A stretch of DNA of 64,000 nucleotides from Balanoglossus misakiensis. Taxonomy: Eukaryota; Animalia; Hemichordata. The notes under the pieces were generated by a model that ran no database searches, was not told the DNA's origin, and was given only the letters and a program-made list of their open reading frames with translations. Location of the stretch: assembly GCA_040954595.2 (NCBI GenBank), contig CM082593.2, positions 8,406,043 through 8,470,042 on the forward strand, given 5' to 3'. The position numbers were made by a program, and so were the translations under genes. Positions 41,501-50,500 of the stretch are shown piece by piece (within the stretch, counting starts at the first letter, position 1; every line of letters begins with the position of its first letter).

Positions 41501-44500
41501 ATACCCTCGCCTGCGGCTCGGGCATCATCAATATTATAGTCAGAGATCACCATCCCTCGTGCAGGCTTCAAATCGTGATATTGCCCTCGCTATCATGTGT
41601 TATTATTTAACTACAACATTTTAAGAAAATGTGTAATATTGTAAATACATTTAGCAATATATGAGGAATCCAATTTACCTCTTTTCTGCCTCAGGAACTT
41701 TGATACTCCCACCCGTAGTCACCTGCACTGCCGTGTCGTCATCCTGGTCTGAAATATAAAAAGTAAGATCATGAAGATATTTTCTTTCAGACAGCCAGAA
41801 TATAAAAAAAACAATCATAATCAGTCAAATATCAGTGCCCTGGTTTGTTTTCACGTTTCTATTGTTACATCACGTGGTTACTCATAGATAGGCCATTATA
41901 GACAAATGACCACAACACTCAACAGATCTCCAAAGAATAGAAATGTTAGTTTTTGTATTGTCGTCCACATTCCGTGCATTTATATTAATCCCTGAAATGA
42001 TGACATGTTTAGTTCTTGGGAATTTATGCACAGGTATGGCACTTTTTGAGGACACAGCGTACCACAGCTAAGCATCTGCTGTGTTATTTACTATCTCGAT
42101 TCCAACCCAATGATGGTATAACTAAATTATATTTCAAGGTGGGTCACGTGGTTAAATAAAATCACAATAAATATTTTCACGGAAATACAAAGTCAAGAAA
42201 CACTTACCTGTGTCAAACCACATGTTCAGAGCCTGAGAAACCACATTTGTAGCACTGCTTGGACAGATGGCCTTTGTTTGGTTTTTCCCTTTTTTGACTT
42301 CAACACATCCGTCATCTACATCTTCACACTTTGGAAGTAATTCTCCAGGAGTATGACGTGAACACTTGCACTTGACACACAGTGTATACACCAAGTTAGG
42401 ATAGTAGGCTTTGATGAGGGACTTTAATTCGTCTTCAACAAATCGTCGAACAGGCCGGAGATGTTGTGGCTGTGGGAGCGGCACTGTACTGGAAACATCT
42501 GCAGTGAAAACTAGTGCATTCAGCTCGATATCAGACCCTTCTTTGCACAGGGTTACATGGAAATCCTCCTCATCCATGAATATACGAACTCTGTGTTGTC
42601 GTAAAACCATTTCTTGGTTTGGCCACTTCTTCAGGCACCGTACAACAAGTCGGTAGAAAAGCCCCTCGGGTAGGAAATTGCCTTTGAAATGGAAATACAT
42701 AGGACTCCATGATTTGGTGTCTTCTGGACAGATGGCGCCATTCTTCCCTTCCGCGTCTTTCTTGAGTAGGCTTGGTAGGCAATAAATGGGCATGCTTCCA
42801 TGCAAGGCAGACATTTCGCAGATGACGTCGTACTTTTCCAATGTTGCCAGAAGAATCTCCTTGTCTTCTGAGCGGTCACGCTCTTTCAGTAGATAATCTA
42901 CCAATTCGTCGTGCAGTATACCTTTACCATGCAACTCATCAATCAGACCACATATTCCCGTTGGGACATCGAACTCTTGTCTGCAACCGATTGACTGGGT
43001 GATCAATATTCTGAATATATTAACTAACCACCCCACATTCAAGATGACAGTGTCCTTGAGTTCTGGTATGGACTTGAAGTGTAGAATTTCCCCAACGTCA
43101 TGATAGAACGCCAAAGCCTTGCCTATTTCATCTTCTTCCATTTCCAATTTCCTTCCCTCTTTTTGCACTTCATCTAGGGAAATCTTCTCCTTTTCAAGCT
43201 TACGCAAAGAAAGTTCCAAGCGTATCCATTTCGCTGGAACTTTTCCGAGGAAGAAGTACTCTTTTGCAAGCTGTTGTACCTTTTTGCGGAGTTTTACAAC
43301 GTCTTGATCAAGAGTGGTGTTGTCTGATTTCCTTGATTTGTTGTCAATGGCAATCATACTTACAAGATGTTCATTAACTGCTTTGGTAGCATTTTTTCTC
43401 AGATACTCTTTGATTTTTAGGAGACGCTTCTTAGCCTCTTCATCTATGTCTCTCACTTCACCATGAAGTCGACTGTCCCTCTGAAACAGGAAAAAATGGA
43501 TACATGCATATGATTCAGGTTTTTACAATCCGAAGATCGTTACATTTATCATCAAACAGTAACGCTTTATATGTAAACGTAGATGTCCTTCACCCTAAGC
43601 CTTCTATAAACACATCACATGCATATAACTGCTCTCAAATTACACAAGGTCCTATGAAAATATTTGTAAACAACAATCGTTCATGTTCTTAGTAGGACTA
43701 TAGCACATTCATCAGCGATTTTCAGGCATGCTTTATTAGTAAGGGACCGTTCAGTTTTTACGGCCACCAAACTTTTGCTTTTGAGTCCACAAAATTGCAG
43801 CTTCGCACCCTTTATTTTACACAATTTTCCCACACCCACCCCCTTCATTCTTCGCCACATTTCATTTTTGCTGGTTTGTCTAGTGTACCAGGGCAGAATG
43901 CTTGCCACCCCAACCCCACCGATGATATTATTTAACAAAGTGAATACATAAAGGAGAATAATTGTTTAAACCATTTTGCATAACTGATAGTTTCGCGCTG
44001 CATCTTCTATATACTAGAAGTTTTATAAATGATGTCATGACAAGATGACGCCAAATCTTCTAAGGGACCGTTCAGTTTTTACGGCCGGGGGGGGGGGGGG
44101 CGGCTAGTTTGTGTCATCGGTTTTCAAAATCAGGCCGACCCCCCCTTCACCCAGGACCAAAAAATGATGACCCCCCTTTGACAGACCCAAAAATATGATG
44201 ACCCTGTCAAAAGGGGGGGGGGGTCATCATTTTTTGGTCCTGGGTGAAGGGGGGGTCGGCCTGCCGTAAAAACTGAACGGTCCCTAATAGGCTTATATTG
44301 TACCTGCAGTAAGTCTTTCTTTGTTCCTAAAATGATAACTGGTGGTGCTGCAGGTACACCTTTCTCATCACTTCCATCTTGATTTCGGATTTCAGATTCT
44401 GGTTTAATGGCATGGGTATGTATCGAGTTCATCCAAAACTCTAGGAATTCTAAGAATGAAGTCACAATTAGCTGTATCGACAGAACAAGATTTTGTGTGC

Positions 44501-47500
44501 ATCTTGGTGGATTATAAAAAATTGTTCCATAAAGCACATGTGCATCATAGTACATTAATTATTACTGCTTTATGTACCGCTGGCCCAAATGGACACGTAA
44601 ATAGGCATCAACATTACTGATGATAGCAATCAGGCGACTTATCAGGAGGGTAAGCAGTTAGAAAACATAGTAACATTACTTTAATACATGTAGTATCACA
44701 GGGTGAAAAGTCATCCAATTCCTGAAATCAGTGGTGTCTTTGAGAATAATTAAACATGTGCATACAAAGGATAAACGTATAATCAGGTGAGTGTCCTATA
44801 AATAAAGGGCGTTCTCACTGGCACGTTTACACCGGTGCTACACCGGTGTAGATTTGACACCGACGGAAAAAAACAAGTGAGAACGCTTAACACCGGTGTT
44901 GGGCTGGTGGTAATTTGCGATGGCGATGGGTGGTGGGTCAGGGCCAGTGCTGGGCCAGCGCTCCGCCGCAAATAATCAGTGAGAACGCAAAGATAAACAA
45001 ACACCGTTCAAAAGCGCCACCCTGCAGTGACTTTTTGGTATGTTTATTAGGTATAGCCCATTGTCTTTGGTCAGTTTCCATTGTGAAGTCAATCACACTG
45101 GACGTGAGTGGTTTTCAAACCATTCGCAGTTTGCCAGGTCTGCAACACTTCTGTCTGCTACCAACTTTCAGAAGGTTCTCTCGATCACCGAAAAGCTGAG
45201 GCATTTTCCATTTATGGATTAACATTCATATACTTCTAAACATTATCAAAACTGTCACAAAGTCGTCTAGAACGCATATGCAGGTATAGAAACTGAAACA
45301 TGTTGCTGTAATGTCCTCGACGTCCTCAATTTTGTTAGTTGCCGTGTTGCTAAACATGGCCATTTAGACGGTGTTTATTTCAAAACAGTGGCCAAAAGTT
45401 TAGTGTGTGGACGCACAGAGATTCTGTGGGCTAATCCCCTGTGTTTACAGAGAGTAAACACTGGCCCTACACCGGTGTCGAAACTTTTAGTGAGAACAAG
45501 ACTTATAGAAAGATATAAGATGGTGTATAGTCAGTTTTAAATTTGTAGCCTCATACAGATGAGGAAACAGAGGCCCTACGTCCACCACTCAGAGACCCTC
45601 CCTGCCACCTTTTGGTAGTAAAAATGAAATGAATGTCATAAAGCTTAAGTTTTACGTACCCTTGACAGTCCACCCATCGTCTATTTCAGTTGCCATGATG
45701 TCGTCCAGCGATTTTGTAAGGTCGGTGACAAGAATATAAATAACTCTAGAGGCAAGGAATACCTGTGTGTTTGTGTGTGTGTGAGAGAGTGAGAGAGAGA
45801 GACAGACAGACAGACAGAAATTATCTATTGCACGATTATCACCTGATGCAACCTATTTAAAAGTACATCACCGCAACTTGGTAAGTTCATGTCAATTTTA
45901 GTTCTTTCTATTTTCAGTTTAGAGTTTAGAACAAAAACAAAACACACATGTACCATGTACACCATGCAGTGTATTATGACGGTTATGCTTGTTAATGCCA
46001 ATTTATCACAAACTTTTTAAGACCTATATCAGCGAAAAGACGCTGCACGAAACATCGTTGGACTTGGGGTAACACCAGCATACCTGTTTTGTTCAACTTT
46101 TAAAGTCGATTGCGTTATAGAATAGGACTCACACTATTACTAAGGATTATCTTTTCCTCTGGACTGACATTAAAATAATGATTATAACCTCATTACTAAA
46201 TGTAGCATGGGCTTCCGGAGGTCTTTTATTTCTAATGTTTAAACAGGGCACCGAAAGTTATTTGAATAACATGAGACTGCATGGTGTCATTATTATATTA
46301 TGAAATAAGGCTGCATTCACAAACACCTCTGGAGGGGGGGGGGGGCGGGAGAATTCAATTTTTTTTACCATTAATTTTCACATCCCCCCTTCCGAACTGC
46401 TAAAATTTTCAAATCCCCCCCCCCGCCCCCATTTTCTTTCACACAGCAAAACACATCACCTACCGGTATCTATCTTGTAAAAAAAGAAAAACAGCTCCCA
46501 TGAAAAAATTTGAAACTGATGTTTTCCCTCATCAATGAGTATTAAAACTGAACATTGTTTATATTTTTTAAGCTTTTGTATTCTTTGTTGGCAGACATTG
46601 TAAACCGAGAAGTGAAGGGGGTGGGTTTGGGAGGGGGTGTCCCCCTCCCACGTAAGAAAATTTTATAAAATACAGAGCTCAAAGCTGCATTTTAATGAAA
46701 TCCAAAGGCAAATAAACTCAACTACCGGTATGTTGGGGAGGACAAATTTAACCTTTGCCGCTCAAAGTTAGCATTGGGAGGGGGGGGGGGGGGGCAAGTC
46801 CCCTGACCTGGGACACTAGACAAACCAGTCAATGATTTGAAAGGTGTTTATGAATGACAGGGGTGGGTGTGGGAGGGGGTGTCCCCCTCCCACATTAGAA
46901 AATTTTGTAAAATAAAGGGCGCGAAACTGCATTTTTGTGGACTCAAAATAAATATTTAGTCCTCAAAGTTTTCAAGTCCCCCCCTTTCAGTCCCTAAATT
47001 ATTTCAAATCCCCCCCCTTACATACCCTCAATTTTTTCAAATCCCCCCCCCCTCAATTCTCCTGCCCCCCCCCCCTCCAGAGGTGTTTGTGAATGCAGCC
47101 TAAGTGGTAGTGAATTCCAGTGTTTCAGTGCCATATACATTTACTCTGTCTGGTTTTTGATAAGTCCCTGAATTAGCTGTGCATAATTTGCCCTCTGTCA
47201 ATGAGGGATGGCAACACAATGATTAATTTATTTGCCAGCACTTTTGTGACACTTTAAAATAAATAAAAAGAAGGCATGCTTTCAAAAAAAAGAAGTTAAG
47301 AACTACATTTTCAATAATTAACCAGGGGTGTTGTGATTTTTTTACGAGTCCTTTGATGTTGTTGTTGTTATTTTTTGTCGTTCAGGTATGTGATCTTATT
47401 ATTTCCCATCTTTGTGTATATATAAATAACATTAAATACGTCTACGTTTTGTAATTAATATCCTGTTTATATCTGCTGAATACCACAGGTACAAGATGTA

Positions 47501-50500
47501 CCCCCACTTCACCTGCTTTACTATAGTATACATGTATTTGTATTTCTTAGTACAGTAGGTAGTTATACGGATTTAGTAATTATATGGATTTTTTCACTTC
47601 TATCCATGTATTTATTTTGGGTCATGAATTAGGACAATTTCATTCGAATTATATTCATGCCCCTCCCCATATTTGCGTTGTACATACTTTCATTTCTCCA
47701 CTTTTGTAATTATGTTTTTCTTTGCGAATGGCAACAAAATAAACAGGACAATTTAGACAAAGTCTTAAACATTTCTCGGACATGCCGTTTGTTCCAGAGT
47801 CTCTGAAGAAGAAAAGCTAAAATGTGATCCTTCTTTGGAATGAGCAATACATCATGAATACAATAAATAGACACAAACCTGGTGAGTTATATAATAAACT
47901 TGCTGCCCCGCGTAATCCCACAAACTGAAGTACATGTCAGGTTTATCCCCATCGCTAACTTCTTTCAAGCGACGTCTTAATCGTTCCTGAACATCATACG
48001 GTCGTTCGTCTTTCAGCTTCAATTCATCAAGTAAGGCATCAAGCTTGGCTTGATTTACAGAAGATGATTGCCCTGAACCCTTTTTGATTCCAGCGACGAG
48101 AGCATCTCCAAGAATCTCCTTGGTTTCCTTGACAGATTTTTCGCCTTGGTATTTGGTTCCATGTTCTAATCAAAATTATTGAAAATCATAGTTACGAAAG
48201 AGTAACATTTATACTGATAGCGCAGGCTGAAGAATTATACAAAGACTCTATAACTTGTACAATTCCAACAAATGAACTCGGAACACGAGCTTATGCATGG
48301 ATGTAACCACATTTCCAATGTGTGAACTCGCCCGTATGGTGTGCGAAGTTTCTCACGCACTAGGTGTGTGTCATCATCGCAAAGTCCGGCGACCATGGCA
48401 GAATGCATTCCGGAAATCATACCGGAAAGGTTGAACTTGCATAATTGACATAAACACTGACAGTGGGAAAATTATGTGCATCACAAACAAAAACTATACA
48501 GTCACACAGCTCCACAGAAAAAGAAAACTCACTAAGACTAGTATGTGAAATGTTACTAACATGATTAATTTAAAACATCTAAATGGCAGAATTATATGCT
48601 CTGAAAATAGAATCTATAAGAATTGAAAATATAAAATACCCTTAAGTATCCATTCAGTGATGTCAATATTGTAGATATCAGCTCCATCCGTATTTTGATG
48701 CTTTTCTTCATAAGGCTCATTGAATAGACTCCGTTTGGTGGATGTCTTCCCTGCACCAAACGCACCAACCAACATAACACGCCCTCGATATATTTCTTTC
48801 TGTGTATTCGGATTTTCAGCTGCCTCCTGTAAATTCCCGAGGAATTCACGTCGCTAAAATAATATAACGTATTAAATGCTAAAAAATAGTATAACCTACA
48901 AACATTATTCAATGTCATTAATTAGCCCCACTCTCAAATTCTGATTTTTTAGTAATAACTTATGTACATTAATTTTGAAACGAAATTGAAATCAACAAAT
49001 TAAGGATGTACGTTCAGTAACTTCAGTAAAATTGAAAGTATTGTCATTTTTTTAATTGTGGATTTTTGGATTCTCATTTGTATATATAATGAAAATCCGT
49101 AATAAAATATAGGGGTCACCGTGCTTGTTTTTGAAATACAGTGCCATGAATTTAGTCGATAATAGAAGAAAACAGCTGAATCAGCATTTTTCACCAATGG
49201 TTTGTCTATGGGCAAAATTTTTAACGCAATTTATCTCAAAATAGAGTGTGGTGACCCCTATATTTTATTTGACCAATGAATTTATATTTATTGGACTGAG
49301 CTTTGTGTGGAATTTCGTGAAAATGACAAAAGTAGAAGTTTGTTTTCTAGCGATTATCAATGTAATCCTATGGGAAAAAGACCGGGCGCGCAGTGTTTCT
49401 AGTTTATGTTCTGCGCATACATCCTTAATCTTCGACTAAAATGATAAAAGTTGGGTATCTATATACTTACATCCTGGATATCCTGGATATTAGAGAGAGA
49501 GAGAGGGAGAGAGAGGAGAGTGAGAGAGAGAGAGAGGGAGGGAGGGAGGGAAAGAGAGAGACATTTATTATTTACAGGCATGGGAGGAAGTTTACCGCTA
49601 TTCTCAGATTCAGATTTTTTTGTAATATCTAATGTACATTTGAAACAAAATTGAAATCAACAAATAAATCTTCAACTAAAATGATAAAAGTAGGGTAACT
49701 ATATACTTACATCTGAGGAGAGAGAGAGAGAGAGAGAGAGAGGGGGGAATTTACATCATTAAAATAATATAATATGTATTAAATGCTAAAAAATAGTATA
49801 TTTAACCTACAAACATTATTCAATGTCAATAATCAGCCCCACTCTTTTGGATACTATGAGGTTATTACGAAAATACCGCAAAGTATGCACGAGGACATTA
49901 GCGCCAAGTATCGCCCGACGCGCAGCGGAGGGCGATGCGCTGCGCTAATGTCCGAGTGCATACTTTGCGGTATTTTCGTAATAACCTTATTATTATACAT
50001 CTTACATCTCCGTTAGTTCTTGTTTTGCATGTTACTTGGCTTTCAAAACGCCAAAAATGCCGATACAATCGATCGAAAACCGCTCAGTTGACTCAGTGAG
50101 CAGCCATCTTTGTTTTTTGTTTACGTGTGCGCACGTGCGTTGGAGTGGGGGCGCCTTGAAACCGTCCGCATAACAACGCATACCTGTACACGGTGAGTTG
50201 GGGCGCCTTGAAACCTAAAACTTATTTAACGCGCGTTCCGTACGTACCGTTCCGTACGGCTTTTTATTGCACGCCAAAATCTATTGTTCTCGGCACTAGA
50301 TGTATAATAATACCCTATACTCATTTTATTACATATTTTCACATATTATGAAATGCCTGATGTGACTACATATATTTCGGGTAGGGTCATGTAAAGATTT
50401 GTTGATGAAAGCGATACTATTGCCATCCAAGGAATTTGGCTTTGGTGCCATCTCCCCGTTGTATGTAATTCATTTTGCATAGCACCATATCTGTTTCCAT

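Noticed and set aside
42411-43307. Short overlapping ORFs within the COR exon (similarly 59451-59636 and 62682-62921)
   Set aside because: Antisense or alternate-frame shadows of real coding sequence.
48235-48918. ORFs 48235-48420 (twin at 33249-33431) and 48592-48918
   Set aside because: The first is duplicated intron sequence; the second is the wrong frame over the Roc P-loop exon.
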